A DNA stretch of 64,000 nt from Octopus vulgaris (GCA_951406725.2 OX597815.1:59768001-59832000), one strand, 5' to 3'; positions 14,664 to 28,835 are shown, counted from the stretch's first letter. A program made the numbers and translations. The notes: generated from the letters alone by a model not told the origin.

Positions 14664-17600
14664 TGATTGTTCGTTCATTCAGTTGATCGCTTCGGTTCGA
14701 AGATGACCAACTGACTTCATCTGATGGAACTGCCGCCATGAGACCGGAGGTGGCTGGTGAGGCCAATCCGGGCAAGGAAGCCCCTCCCACAGGTGGGGCA
14801 GAAGTGGGTAGGGGCAGTGCTACTGGTGCAGGCGGCCTTGACTTTACGCATCTGACGTTTCTGCTCCGCTGACCGAATCCGTCCCTCCTCGGCTGTCCCT
14901 GCTCCCACGGTGATTGCGCTGCGCCAGGATGAGCGGTTGGCAGCAAGTGTCTCCCAGGTCTCTGTTCCGATGGAGAAGTCTTTGAGAGAGACCTTGAGAC
15001 TATCCTTGTAGCGCTTTTTCTGCCCTCCGACTTTGCGCCTGCCCTGGCCGAGTTCACCGTAGAAGAGCTGTTTTGGGATGCGAGTGTCGGACATGCGGGA
15101 GACGTGGCCCGCCCATCTCAGCTGGGCCTTGCGCATGATTGTGATGGTGCTAGGGAGATCTGCCTGCTTCAGAACTTCCGTGTCTGGGACTTTGTCCTGC
15201 CAGCGGATGTGAAGGAGATTCCGAAGACACCTGAGATGGAAGTGGTTTATCTGGCGCTCGTGCCTTCGGTAAGCAGTCCACGTCTCGCAGCCGTATAGTA
15301 GGGTGGTAAGCACGACTGCCCGGTAGACTTTCAGCTTGGTGTTGAGGCTGATTCCTCTCCGCTCCCAGACTTTCTTTCGCAGTCTCCCAAACGCGCTGCT
15401 TGCCTTGGAGATTCTGTTGATGGTTTCAGCATCTATGTTGGCATTGCAGGAGAGAGTGCTGCCCAGGTAGGTGAAGTTTTCCACCACTCGTAGGATCCGT
15501 CCGTTCACCCTTATCTGAGGCTCATGGTATTGTTTGCCGGGGGCTGGCTGAAACATCACTTCGGTTTTCTTTGCACTGATGGTGAGACCGAAGTTGTCAC
15601 AGGCTGATGAGAACCTGTCCATCTCGAGCTGCATCTCCTGCTCATCGATTGCATTAAGGGCGCAGTCGTCAGCAAAGAGAAAGTCTCTGACGACTGTCTC
15701 CCTCACCTTTGTGACAGCCTGCAATCTCCTGGAGTTGAAAAGTTTCCCGTCTGTCCTGTACTTGATGTTGATACCGGACTTGCAGTCCCTAAAGGCGTCG
15801 GACATCATTGCCGAGAACATGATGCTGAACAGTGTTGGGGCCAGGACACAGCCCTGCCTGACTCCGTTGGTCACCTGGAAGGCTTCAGATGAGTCGCCGT
15901 CTTCAAGGATTCTGGCTGTCATTCCGTCGTGGAACTGGCGGACAATTGCAATAAATTTGCTGGGGCAACCAAATTTTCCCATGACCTTCCATAGTCCCTC
16001 CCGACTGACTGTATCAAAGGCCTTGGTGAGGTCAACAAAGGTCATGCAGAGGTCAAGGTGCTGCTCCATGCATTTCTCCTGGAGCTGGCGGGCGGCGAAT
16101 ATCATGTCAGTGGTCCCTCGACCCGCACGGAAGCCACACTGGCTCTCAGGGAGAAGGCCTTGCTCCAAGTGTTCCAGAAGGCGGTCAAGCAGGACCCGGG
16201 CCAGGATCTTGCCTGCTATGGACAAGAGGGAAATACCTCGGTGGTTGTCGCAGGACTGCCGATCTCCTTTCCGCTTATAAATGTGAACGATTGTTGCATC
16301 CCGGAAATCTTGAGGGAGTTGTTCCCTGTCCCACATCGACTGGAACAGGCTGGTGAGCTGACTGATCATGGTGGGGCCGCCCGACTTGAACACCTCTGCA
16401 GGGATGGCGTCAGAGCCTGGAGCTTTGCCGGTGGACATTTTTTTGATGGCTCTGCTCACTTCCTCGACTGCAGGGGGAACAGCCAACTCGTGGTTTGTCG
16501 GCACCTGGGGGAATCGTGCGATGGCTTCCTCGTTGATCTGGGCTGGTCGGTTGAGCACGATGTTGAAGTGCTCCGCCCATTTCTCCAGGATCAGCCTCTT
16601 GTTAGTCAGGAGTGAGGTTCCATCTGAGCTGAGCAGGGGGGTTGATCCAAAGGAGAACTGCGGTCCATAGACAGCTTTCAGCGCCTCGTAGAATTTCTTG
16701 GTGTCGTGTTTGTCTGCGTATCCCTGAATCTCATCCGCCTTGGCGCTTAACCATGCGTCTTGCATGAGGCGGAGTTTAGCCTGGACTGTGCTGCGAATGT
16801 TGTTGAAAGCGGCCTTCTTTGCCGTGCAGGTGGTTTCATTTTGGTGAGCCCGCAGCAGACGGCGTTTCTCTTCCAGGAGCTTTTGGATTTCCTGGTCGTT
16901 TTCGTCGAACCAGTCCTGGTGGTTCCTCGTAATTTGGCCCAGAGTTTCAAGGGCGATGGAATGAACCGTGTCCCTGAATGATTCCCACTGCTCATCGATG
17001 CTGGACTGGTCACTCCGAATGTCCAACAGCTTACTGTCCATACGTGACTGGAGATCTTGTGCAGTCAGCTGGTTCTTTAATTTCGTGATGTTAAGCTTCC
17101 TCGTCACTTTCTGACCCTGTGGTCTTCTCTTAGGTCGGATGTAGAAATCCATCCTGGAGATGATGAGGCGATGGTCCGTCCAGCAGTCAGCTCCGCACAT
17201 GGCTTTGACCAGTCTCACGTCCCGCCTGTCTTTCGCCCTGACGATGACGTAATCTATCAGATGCCAGTGTTTGGAGCGTGGATGCATCCATGATGTCTTG
17301 TTGCGTGTTGGCAGACGGAACAAGGTGTTGGCGATGGTAAGATCATGAGAGGCACACGCACGCAGGAGGAGCTGTCCATTGCTGTTGCACTTTCCGATTC
17401 CTTGCTTTCCCAGTACGCGATGCCAGGCTTGGTGGTCAGTCCCGACACGGGCGTTAAAATCCCCAAGGAGGATGAGCTTCCCAGGCTGGGCTGACGTGAT
17501 GAGGGAGTCGAGTTCCTCATAGAACCTGTCCTTAACTTCTTCAGGGTTGGTCATGGTGGGGGCGTAAGCACTGATGATGGTCGCACTAGTCTTGTTTCCA

Positions 17601-18604
17601 AGTGGGAGCTGCATCTTCATCAGCCGATCGTTGATACCCTCGGGAGGGCTTTCCAGTTTCCGCACGTGTACTGACTTAATGGCAAAACCAACACCAGCCT
17701 CACGACGCTCTTCGCTGCTGCGACCACTCCAAAAGAAAGTGTAGCCGCCGCCTGTCTCTGTCAGCTGGCCTTTGTCCGCAAGGCGGGTCTCGCTCAGTGC
17801 TGCAATATCGACACTGTATCGGCTCAGTTCTCTGGCCACCAGGGCAGTTCGTCTCTCTGGTCTGTCCGCTTTGGTGTTGTCAAGCAGAGTTCTCACGTTC
17901 CAAGTTGCGAAAGTGAGCACCTTTGTTTGTTTTCTTCTTTCTTTGTTTCGACCGCTTGGAAAGGATCCTCGCCAGCCGCGGTTTGCTGACCAGGGTGAGG
18001 TGAGGCAGGCTATGTTTAGGGCAACCTTTTCTAGCCCCGTCCTCATGCTGGGGAGGCGAGCAGAGCGATCCTGAAGAGGGCTGCTCGGTCACTCAGGAGG
18101 CTGCCGGACTCCACTGCTGCCTCAGTTCAGTGAGGGGCGACCACATGTCCTGAGCCGCCTGTGTGTGGGTTCACGACTGCAGCTCCCAGTGTATCCTCAC
18201 CTGCTACTTCGCCGTTTCCCCATCGCCACAGGACTTTGGGATGGTGTCATGGCGTCATGATGTCGTGACATGCGCGTGACTTGGATTATAGTGAGGGTGA
18301 CTTGCGCAGGATCAGCCTCACTCTCTCGTCCTGGTGCGCCGGATCCAGTGGCAAGACAAAGTCAAGACGACTGGGGGTAGACCAAGATGCAGGAGCTGCC
18401 GGAAGGTGGCACGCATGGCGCAATCCAACCGCCTTAGGGGCTCCACTCCGGATTTTGGATGGCCATTGACTCATGAGAGAGTTCCTCTGCCCTTTGACAG
18501 GTTTTGTTTTTAGTCCTGCTGGGTGTCCAAATCACCCTCCTCACCAAGAAATCTTGGTGGGGTTGCCAGTTTAGTCGCCAACGACCCGACCATGTAACAG
18601 GTTG
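14664..18604 (-). mobile_element. Full-length or near full-length RTE-clade LINE
   Basis: Single intact ORF, ~560-bp 5' UTR, short 3' tail, TSD TACTAATAC at 14655-14663 and 18605-18613. Confidence 0.93.
14717..18046 (-). CDS. RTE ORF: APE endonuclease, reverse transcriptase and C2H2 finger (1109 aa, uninterrupted)
   Basis: ATWNVRTL, ALSETR, LGDFNARVG, WTDHRL (APE); FVDLTKAFD, GVRQGCVLAP, LFADDCAL (RT); CPTCGRGFLARIGLTSHLRSH. Confidence 0.95.
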   Translation of the reverse strand: MRTGLEKVALNIACLTSPWSANRGWRGSFPSGRNKERRKQTKVLTFATWNVRTLLDNTKADRPERRTALVARELSRYSVDIAALSETRLADKGQLTETGGGYTFFWSGRSSEERREAGVGFAIKSVHVRKLESPPEGINDRLMKMQLPLGNKTSATIISAYAPTMTNPEEVKDRFYEELDSLITSAQPGKLILLGDFNARVGTDHQAWHRVLGKQGIGKCNSNGQLLLRACASHDLTIANTLFRLPTRNKTSWMHPRSKHWHLIDYVIVRAKDRRDVRLVKAMCGADCWTDHRLIISRMDFYIRPKRRPQGQKVTRKLNITKLKNQLTAQDLQSRMDSKLLDIRSDQSSIDEQWESFRDTVHSIALETLGQITRNHQDWFDENDQEIQKLLEEKRRLLRAHQNETTCTAKKAAFNNIRSTVQAKLRLMQDAWLSAKADEIQGYADKHDTKKFYEALKAVYGPQFSFGSTPLLSSDGTSLLTNKRLILEKWAEHFNIVLNRPAQINEEAIARFPQVPTNHELAVPPAVEEVSRAIKKMSTGKAPGSDAIPAEVFKSGGPTMISQLTSLFQSMWDREQLPQDFRDATIVHIYKRKGDRQSCDNHRGISLLSIAGKILARVLLDRLLEHLEQGLLPESQCGFRAGRGTTDMIFAARQLQEKCMEQHLDLCMTFVDLTKAFDTVSREGLWKVMGKFGCPSKFIAIVRQFHDGMTARILEDGDSSEAFQVTNGVRQGCVLAPTLFSIMFSAMMSDAFRDCKSGINIKYRTDGKLFNSRRLQAVTKVRETVVRDFLFADDCALNAIDEQEMQLEMDRFSSACDNFGLTISAKKTEVMFQPAPGKQYHEPQIRVNGRILRVVENFTYLGSTLSCNANIDAETINRISKASSAFGRLRKKVWERRGISLNTKLKVYRAVVLTTLLYGCETWTAYRRHERQINHFHLRCLRNLLHIRWQDKVPDTEVLKQADLPSTITIMRKAQLRWAGHVSRMSDTRIPKQLFYGELGQGRRKVGGQKKRYKDSLKVSLKDFSIGTETWETLAANRSSWRSAITVGAGTAEEGRIRSAEQKRQMRKVKAACTSSTAPTHFCPTCGRGFLARIGLTSHLRSHGGSSIR

Positions 18605-18945
18605 TACTAATACATACACCAACTAATACATACTAATACGTACTAATACATACTAATACATACTAATACATACATCAACCCTATACATACACACGTCCAG
18701 ACACCTCATAGGCACTTATACTCTCTCATACACACACACACACACACACTTATACATACTAATACGTACTAATACATACTAATACATACTAATACATACA
18801 CCAACCCCATACATACGCACGTCCACACCAATCCTACGCACTAATACTCTCTCATACACACACACACACACACACACCCTTATACATACTAATACATACA
18901 CCAACCCTATACATACACACGTCCAGACCCCTCCTACGCACTATT
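18605..18945. repeat. CATACTAATA-based minisatellite
   Basis: Repeated CATACTAATA and CCAACCCTATACATAC units. Confidence 0.8.
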
Positions 18946-19114
18946 AGCTGGTCCTTCAACCATATTATCAACCCTATTATCTCCCCTTATTTCGCTCTCG
19001 CGTCTCATGTTTGATCTTTGACCTCTGGCCGAAATCAGATCGCCATGTTGATTCGTTAGCTACTGCACGCATTTTATTCTCTCCTTCTTTCTGTGTTTTT
19101 TTTCTCTCTGTGTA

Positions 19115-19152
19115 TCTTTCTGTTGAAGAGCGTAGGCTCGAAACGTTAAAGA
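19115..19152 (+). ncRNA. Minimal type I hammerhead, core variant CTGTTGA
   Basis: TCTTT-CTGTTGA-A-GAGC.GTAG.GCTC-GAAA-CGTT-AAAGA; palindromic ACGT stem III as in PLE minimal HHRs. Confidence 0.6.
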
Positions 19153-19260
19153 CTTGTTTTATTTATATTTCCTGAGCGCCATACTAATACAATTGTTCGT
19201 TTGTTTTCCACCTGCCTTCGTCTTTTGTCTATTTTCATAAAGCTTCCCGTTATATATATG

Positions 19261-19551
<291 letters not shown>

Positions 19552-19700
19552 TATAGAGAGTGGTCACTATATTGATCACTCTAGCACCAGTAAATCCAAA
19601 AGGTTTCAACCACGAAAAATACATGTTTCCCATGAAAGCCGGTACGACTGTTAGCTCACACGGACAGGGCAAATAAAAAATAACAAAAATACAGATTATT

Positions 19701-19776
19701 TTGGGACAATTGTTTCGCTATTAATGAATTAAATGTAATATTACTTACAATAATCCATTTGTAGCTCTTCAGCCAA
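19701..19776 (-). ncRNA. Type I hammerhead ribozyme, canonical core
   Basis: TTGG-CTGAAGA-GCTA...TAGC-GAAA-CAATT-GTC-CCAA. Confidence 0.88.
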
Positions 19777-20699
19777 GACTATCTGGATGAAATCCACTCA
19801 ATCACACGCCAGATTTTACCATAACGATAAATACGCGTGCGGTTCAATTGATTACATCGGACGTTATAATTCAAATGCCCCAACCAACAGCGCGCCAAAC
19901 TCTCACGGAAAAGAAATACAGCATTTAGAAATAAATGCAGCATAATTATAATTAATTAATAAGGGTGAGAGAATTAGATACTAATTTAATAGTATATTTA
20001 TTCCACACCAAGTGGCCTAGTGCTACGAGAAACCTGGATTATTATAATATTTTATAACATATTATAATATTTTCACAAAATAAATATAAGAGAGTGGTCA
20101 CTATATTGATCACTCTAGCACCAGTAAATCAAAAGGTTTCAACCACGAAAAATACATGTTTCCCATGAAAGCCGGTACGACTGTTAGCTCACACGGACAG
20201 GGCAAATAAAAAATAACAAAAATACAGATTATTTTGGAAATAATCTGTATTTTTGTTATTTTTTATTTGCCCTGTCCGTGTGAGCTAACAGTCGTACCGG
20301 CTTTCATGGGAAACATGTATTTTTCGTGGTTGAAACCTTTTGGATTTATTGGTGCTAGAGTGATCAATATAGTGACCACTCTCTTATATTTATTTTGTGA
20401 AAATATTATAATATGTTATAAAATATTATAATAATCCAGGTTTCTTTTCGTAGCACTAGGCCACTTGGTGTGGAATAAATATACTATTAAATTAGTATCT
20501 AATTCTCTCACCCTTATTAATTAATTATAATTATGCTGCATTTATTTCTAAATGCTGTATTTCTTTTCCGTGAGAGTTTGGCGCGCTGTTGGTTGGGGCA
20601 TTTGAATTATAACGTCCGATGTAATCAATTGAACCGCACGCGTATTTATCGTTATGGTAAAATCTGGCGTGTGATTGAGTGGATTTCATCCAGATAGTC

Positions 20700-20775
20700 T
20701 TGGCTGAAGAGCTACAAATGGATTATTGTAAGTAATATTACATTTAATTCATTAATAGCGAAACAATTGTCCCAA
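20700..20775 (+). ncRNA. Type I hammerhead ribozyme, canonical core
   Basis: TTGG-CTGAAGA(20704)-GCTA...TAGC-GAAA-CAATT-GTC(20769-20771)-CCAA. Confidence 0.88.
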
Positions 20776-21062
20776 AATAATCTGTATTTTTGTTATTTTT
20801 TATTTGCCCTGTCCGTGTGAGCTAACAGTCGTACCGGCTTTCATGGGAAACATGTATTTTTCGTGGTTGAAACCTTTTGGATTTACTGGTGCTAGAGTGA
20901 TCAATATAGTGACCACTCTCTTATATTTATTTTGTGAAAATATTATAATATGTTATAAAATATTATAATAATCCAGGTTTCTCGTAGCACTAGGCCACTT
21001 GGTGTGGAATAAATATACTATTAAATTAGTATCTAATTCTCTCACCCTTATTAATTAATTAT

Positions 21063-22335
<1,273 letters not shown>

Positions 22336-23051
22336 TGGGTACAGGACGTAAAAAAACGTGAAAAAATGAGAAACGAAAAAAAATCAAAGGCATGGAAAAT
22401 GAACTTTTTTCGAACAACGAAAAAACAAATAGAGAAACGAGACATGCAACATAAAGAACATTCCCTTCATCAGTTTTCCCCTGTTTTATCTACTCCGCGT
22501 TACGAAGGTAGGGACAAGACGCGACTTCGTTAAAACAATCCTTCCCGCAAAGCAAATTAAAAAACAATTTAGGATTTTTTGCGGAGGAATAAAGTGGTAA
22601 CAAAAATAGGACAGTAAGAACAAGGCAGTAAAAACAAACGGTGAGGGTTGTTAAGCCATAACGAATTGAAGTGGTGAACGCTGAAAAAACGAGCTTTGAG
22701 AAAAGACAGGCAAAAGCACGTCTTGTCTTTAGGAAAGAAGTGGAAGAAACAAAGATAGATAGCCGCTGGTCACGTGTGAGCAACGAAAGATTCAAGGAGG
22801 AAGAGTGTGAGAGAGAGAGAGAGAGAGAGAGGGAGCGGTGAAGGGGAGAGGAGAAGAATTAGAGAAAGGGTGGGAGAGATAAACAGAAAGGAAGAAGAAC
22901 AAGAGAGGGATATAGAATAGTGATCGGTTGAAGAGTGCGCATCAGAATTATTAGGATAAAACTTACTTGGAAATGGATGTGTGGTGTTCACCATATAATA
23001 ATATAAATAATATATATATGCATATATACACACATACATGTACATGCCTAC

Positions 23052-23099
<48 letters not shown>

Positions 23100-23120
23100 T
23101 ACATGCATATAGGGGTACAG

Positions 23121-23530
23121 GAAGTAGCTTGCTTACCAACTACATGGTTCCAGGTTCAGTCTCACTGCGTGACACCTTGGGCAACTGTCTTCTACTATAG
23201 CCTCGAGCCGATCAAAGCCTTGCGAGTGGATTTAGTAAACAGAAACTGAAAGAAGCCCATCGTATATATATATATATATATATGTGTGTATGTGTGTGCG
23301 TGCGTTTGTGTGTGTGTGTGTGTGTGTGGTTGCGTGTCTGTGATTGTCCCCCACCATCGCTTGACAACCGATGATGACGTGTTTACGTCCCCGTAACTTA
23401 GCGGTTCGACAAAAGAGATCAATAGGATAAGTACTACCAAGAATAAGTCCTGGGATCGACTTGTTCGACTAAAGGCGGTGCTCCAGCATGGCCGCAGTCA
23501 AATGACTTAAACAAATAAAAGAAAAAATGA
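23121..23530 (+). mobile_element. SINE family A
   Basis: GGTTCAGTCTCACTGCGTGACACCTTGGGCAAC...GGCGGTGCTCCAGCATGGCCGCAGTC. Confidence 0.88.
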
Positions 23531-24099
23531 ATATATATATACAGGGTTGGCTAAAAGTCATTTGTCAGTAAATCAAAACCATTTAATTCCAAGATTTAGT
23601 TATGTTTAACAACTGAATGGATTTAATAAAAGCATCTAAATATGAAGCATCATGAAAATTGTTTAGGCTGAAATCCTTCTTGAGCTACACAGTTTTCCAT
23701 TCGCGTCAATACAGAATTACAGATAGTATAAAGAATAGAAAATATATATGCACTGTATACACACACACACACACGCACACGCACGCGCGTGCGGTATATA
23801 TACATTTTTATTCTTTCGTTTGGGCATTATCTCAAGGTGTTCGGTCGGCTTTCTTTTTCACATGCTGTTTCTACGGGACTCAATTACTTTTTGTACCAGT
23901 GCATCGAATATTTCACAGAATGCTTCCACGGGAATTTCTTCCTGATCTTGGGTATGCTTCTTCCTTAGTTGGTTTATATTTCTCTGATATTCACCGTGTG
24001 ACCCTTTAAATAGATATATCATACTTCTAATTTTTTTCGGGTAACAAGGCTACCCCCTCCCCAGCCTTCTTTACCGTTTCTATTGGTTTTGAAATGCAC

Positions 24100-27000
24100 T
24101 TTATTACCTATCTCGACGTATTTTGTTGGCTCTTTCGTATTTCCTTTATGCCTTTTTTTCTCTGGTAGTAGCTTATAAAAATGGATTTTATTCTTCTTGC
24201 GAACATCAACTCTGCGGAAGATTTCCCTGAATTTGTACTTGGATTGGATTCACTTTATATATTCTTAAAATATTTGTCAATGTTTCGTCGTTACTTAATT
24301 CATTCCTCGTTTCCCTTAACGCTCTCTGAAAGCTGTCCACAAATCTTTCTACCTGCTTATTTGAACGCAGGTGGTAGGGTAAAGTGAAAATATTCTTTAT
24401 CACATGTCTTTTATAGAAGTTCTTGAATTAAAACCTAGAGAACTGCATTCCGTTGTCTGAAACTAGCCTGTCAGGGACACTGTATCGCGAAAACATTTCG
24501 TATAAGAATTTTATAGCTGTCTTAGAGGTTGGCACCTGCAAACCTCCGGCCATTTAGTATAGCTGTCTACTACGATTAGGCAGTAAGCGTCGTTTACCGG
24601 CCCGGCATAGTCAATGTGTAATCTAGACCATGGGTTCGTCTCTGACCGCGATTGATATTTTGCCTGCGGAGCTCTGGCCGCGAGCGCACAATTTCAGCAC
24701 GTTCTCGCTATATTTTCGATATGTCGGTCCATAGAAAGCCATAGACATAACTCATCATCAGAGCCTTCATCCTTGCCATTCCTGGACGTCCGTAGTGAAA
24801 TTGTTGCAATACAGCTTTTTGTAATGTAGTCGGAATCACCAATATTTGGGCATATATTAGAATATCGTCGCAAATTGAAAACTACTGGCATCTGAACTTT
24901 TATTTTGCTTATTTTTTAAAGCGTCTTTTATTTTCTCAATATACTCATCACCTACAGCTTTCATTCTTATATCCTGTGCCATCACTGGTAGTTATTCTAT
25001 AACGTTCGTCATAACACTTTTAATTTCACTTTCTGCCCGCAGTGCGGCTATAACAGTCTCTTCTAGTGGTTCCATATATTTTGGAATTAATCTCGAAAGG
25101 CAGTCCGCATGACCAATTTTTTCGATGGAAGGTATTGCATTTTGAAAATATAATTTAGTAATATTACATCCCAACGTTGCAGTGGTTTGCAGTATGAGTC
25201 GGTAACCCTTTTTTAAACCCATAAATTGACAGCAAAGGTCTGTTTGCAATAAAAAACTTCTGCCATGTCGAAACCTGTGAAATATTTTAATTGCAAAAAT
25301 AATTGCTAGGGCCTCCGTTTCAATTTGACTATATATCTTCTCTGCCGCTATTATCGAGCACGGAACACGAACTACTGGTTTTGTACTTCCGTCTTCGTAT
25401 TTATGAAGTAGAACTGTACCTAATCCGTGCTCGGAAGCATCAGATGCTACAATGATGTCTATTTCGGGATCGTATTGTCCTAACGACAGTTCTGAGATTA
25501 GAATTTTTTTATTTCTTCAAAAGTGTTCTGGTATTTAGTGGACCAATTCCACTTAACTCCTTTTTTTTAATAAGTCGTTAAATGGAGCTCTTAATTTGTG
25601 CATATTAGGAATATAGCTTTGATAATAGTTTGCCAACCCAAGAAATGCTTGCTAAGTTGGAATATTTGTCTGCTCTCGACGGGTTAGGACGTCTACCACT
25701 TTTATCAATCATTTGCCCCAAGTTACTCAATTTGGGGTAGAAAGAAATCGAATACACTCAAAGTGAACCCGAAAACTTGAATTTTCTTAAATACATGCTG
25801 TTCACGAGAATTACTCTTGATCAAAATATCGTCCACGTACGGGATTACAAATTTACAATCAGATAACATAGTATCTATGATTTGCTGGAATATTGCTGGT
25901 GCTACTTTTAATCCAAAAGGTAATCATGTGTATCTGTACAATCCTCTGTGTGTATTTATTGTCAAATACTTTGAGCATTTTTCATTTACTTTTATCTGTA
26001 AATAGGTTTTCAGACAGATCTAATTTGGAAAAAAATTTTTCCGCCTTTAAACTTTGAAAAAATGTTCTCTGCAGTCGGGAGTGGTGATGGTATGTTTTTA
26101 AGCAATCGTTCAGTCCTGTAGAGAAACCAGCCTATTCTTCTTATTTTTTTAAATACATACCGTGAGTGCAGCCCACTTCGAATAATACGCCTTTTTGATG
26201 ACTCCTCTCTTTTCGAGCCTATACAACTCTTCACTTATGGTTTCAGTTGTAGCGAACTGTACTTTTCTGTTTGTTTTAAATACAGATACAGCGCTTTCAC
26301 TGACTTGTAAAAAGGCTTCTGTCTATCTCCATAGACCTAAATACTCAGGTAACACTTGCGGGGACATTTAAAAAATTTTTTTATTCAGTTCTTCCGAAGC
26401 TTTGCTTTTAACGGGACAACCATTTATGTTCATGCAGTAAAGATTTATGGGGAGGTGCCGTAAATCGCATGGTTCTAACTAGATTGTTTGTATTATTCAC
26501 GATGAATAATTTTGCTTCGCGTGTCTCTCCTCGAAATGTGAATTCGATACATGTTTTGCCCATGAACTGTAATTTATCACCCGTTACACCACGCTCTATT
26601 TTCAGTTTTACGTAATCTCGGTTTACCAATTTTTTTCCCCAAGTATCCGCATTTATAATCGTGATGTCACTACCTGTGTCTAACTGTAATTTGGCATTCA
26701 CATAATTTATTTTTACGTGCATGAATTTTCTTGCTTATTCCGTCGCAATCACTCTCCACTTAGAACTTTTTTGTGTTTGAGCCTCATAGACTTGTTCTAC
26801 AATGAGAACTCTTGTGTCCCAGCTTCTGACAACTATAGCACTTTTTGTTTTTAAACGGACAATCCTTTTTGTAGTGTAGGCCTCTACGACCATAATACGG
26901 ATTGAGGCCTGACACATTTTTTTGATTGACACATTTGAATTTTCGCAGAGTTGTTTTCAAATGCGGACCGTCCAAATCTGCAATTTGTTTCTGTATATAA

Positions 27001-27100
27001 TTTCAAAATAATTTGCAGACAAAAAGGCGTGTGATTTAAGGGAGATTTAGCTGTTGTTTCTAGCACATCCCACGACCACCTGGCACTTTCCACGTTTCTT
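24100..27100 (-). pseudogene. Decayed Gypsy (Mag-like) gag-pol
   Basis: CYSCQKLGHKSSHC; LQLDTGSDITII; LPTAENIFSKFKGGKIF; VASDAS and ETEALAIIFA (RNase H); PWSRLHIDYAG, VSDNG and PYHLRSNKQVERFV (integrase); many stops and frameshifts. Confidence 0.88.
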
Positions 27101-27243
27101 TATCACTCTAACATGTTGGTGTGTTCACTCCCTATAAACGCATTTTATGGAACGATGATGCAGTAGTCCATTACTGGTATTTAAGCAACAATAATAATAA
27201 AAAAATTATTTAGATCTTTAACCCCTCTCCCGTATTAAGCGAG

Positions 27244-27292
<49 letters not shown>

Positions 27293-27437
27293 ATGTGCGT
27301 ATGCATGAGTGCGTGCACGCGCGCGTGTAAGAAAAACATATTTATTAACAGAAAAGTATGCTATTAAAATTAATTATCTTTTACATACCTTTGTCACCCA
27401 ATTGAAATTCCTTACACATACACACTGACAAACACAT

Positions 27438-27972
27438 ACGTTGCCCGGGTATGTAAGAGCCCCTAGTAGGCAACGACTAATCCCAATCTAGTCCTTTCCC
27501 TCTAGGGAACGAAGGCGCATGTGTAGGTTGCAATGTCTTCTGTGTATACGATGTTCCTAGCTGTTCCTTTGGGCGAAAACGCGATTTCCCAAAATGGCAT
27601 GATTTTATCGGTTTTTTCTGATGGTAAGGTATTGCATGGAAAACTCACGTCAGAATTAAGTTTCTTAGGGTAACATTAAGCTTCACCTTGAGTTTGGTGA
27701 AAATCGATTGCAAGTTGCGAAAACTACAACAGAAAATGTGTTGCATATAAAAAGCTGAGATTCTCGACCCCATGTCGAATTTATCGAATTTTTTTCAGAA
27801 CTCGGGGAGCTTTTCAAAATTTTCGCTGCGTTACTTTTGAATTATGACATTGGGCTATGTGTGTGTCAAGTTTCATCAGAATCGGTTGAAAGCCGTGGTC
27901 AGGGTGAGGGTACAACCTGACAGCCACACAGACACACAGACAGACAAACTGCCGTTTATATATAGGGAGATA
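27438..27972 (+). mobile_element. Non-autonomous Helitron/Helentron-like (DINE/Lep1-like) element
   Basis: Starts CGTTGCCCGGG; contains AAGTTTCATCAGAATCGGTTG, (ACAG)n and ends TTTATATATAG, the layout of that class. Confidence 0.55.
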
Positions 27973-28037
27973 AAAAGCTCGCCATGAGAAAATGAAAGAG
28001 CTAGACATAGAGAGAGAGGGGGGAGATGGAGAGAGAT

Positions 28038-28086
<49 letters not shown>

Positions 28087-28691
28087 TTTCTGCTGCTGTC
28101 ACAGATTTCGAAATTTTATAATTTAGTGAAAGTTTTCAAGCTTGGTATATGGATGTACTTTTTGTCACTGAATTCGAGTTTGTAATTCATTTATTCCATA
28201 AACATTTTTAGAGGTTAAAAGTTTGATAACTTTAAACCAATCTGAAGAGAGGATTTGTGTATAATAGCTATGATAAAATGGAAGTAAATATTAAAAGACG
28301 AGATTTTAAACAAACTTAAAGCAATGCATGAGAGTCAATATAAATACAAAAGTGATTGTGAAAGAGTTTGGTAAATATATATGAAGAGATAGTTTGATGA
28401 TAATAGATAGAGAATGGGATATTTGTCGATATAGAATTTGAGTTATTTCTCGTAGCCAATTATATATTTTTTATTAGTATGTTCGAACGACATTGTCTGT
28501 GGGACGTAGATTTCGAAAATCAAATTCTTTTTTTCGAGGATGCACCGTTTCAGAGTCTGTTTGGGCTAAACACATACTTAATCACATTCACTCGCATTTA
28601 TAGAGTGTGTATGTATGTATGTATGTATGTATGTATGTATGTATGTATGTATGTATGTATGTATGTATGTATGTATGTATGTATGTATGTA

Positions 28692-28722
<31 letters not shown>

Positions 28723-28742
28723 ATGTATTATGTATGTATGTA

Positions 28743-28783
<41 letters not shown>

Positions 28784-28835
28784 ATGTATGTATGTATGTA
28801 TGTATGTATCTATCTATCTATTTATCTCTTTAATA

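Larger units (their letters stand above)
19555..21062. mobile_element. Head-to-head tandem ~534-bp HHR repeat (retrozyme/PLE-like), locus 1
   Basis: Minus arm 19555-20237 and plus arm 20238-21062; period 534 (AGAGAGTGGTCA at 19555 and 20089); (TA)n on both sides. Confidence 0.9.

Noticed and set aside
15579-16670. Plus-strand ORFs of 100-233 aa
   Set aside because: Antisense shadows of the GC-rich RTE ORF.
18480-18604. HDV-like ribozyme in the RTE 5' UTR
   Set aside because: A CTAA motif and hairpins are present, but the nested double pseudoknot could not be built by eye; it needs a descriptor search.
22440-22480. CTGATGA on the minus strand (also CTGACGA at ~728 and ~55999, CTGAAGA at 8881)
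   Set aside because: No properly placed GAAA, stem III and stem I, so not counted as hammerheads.
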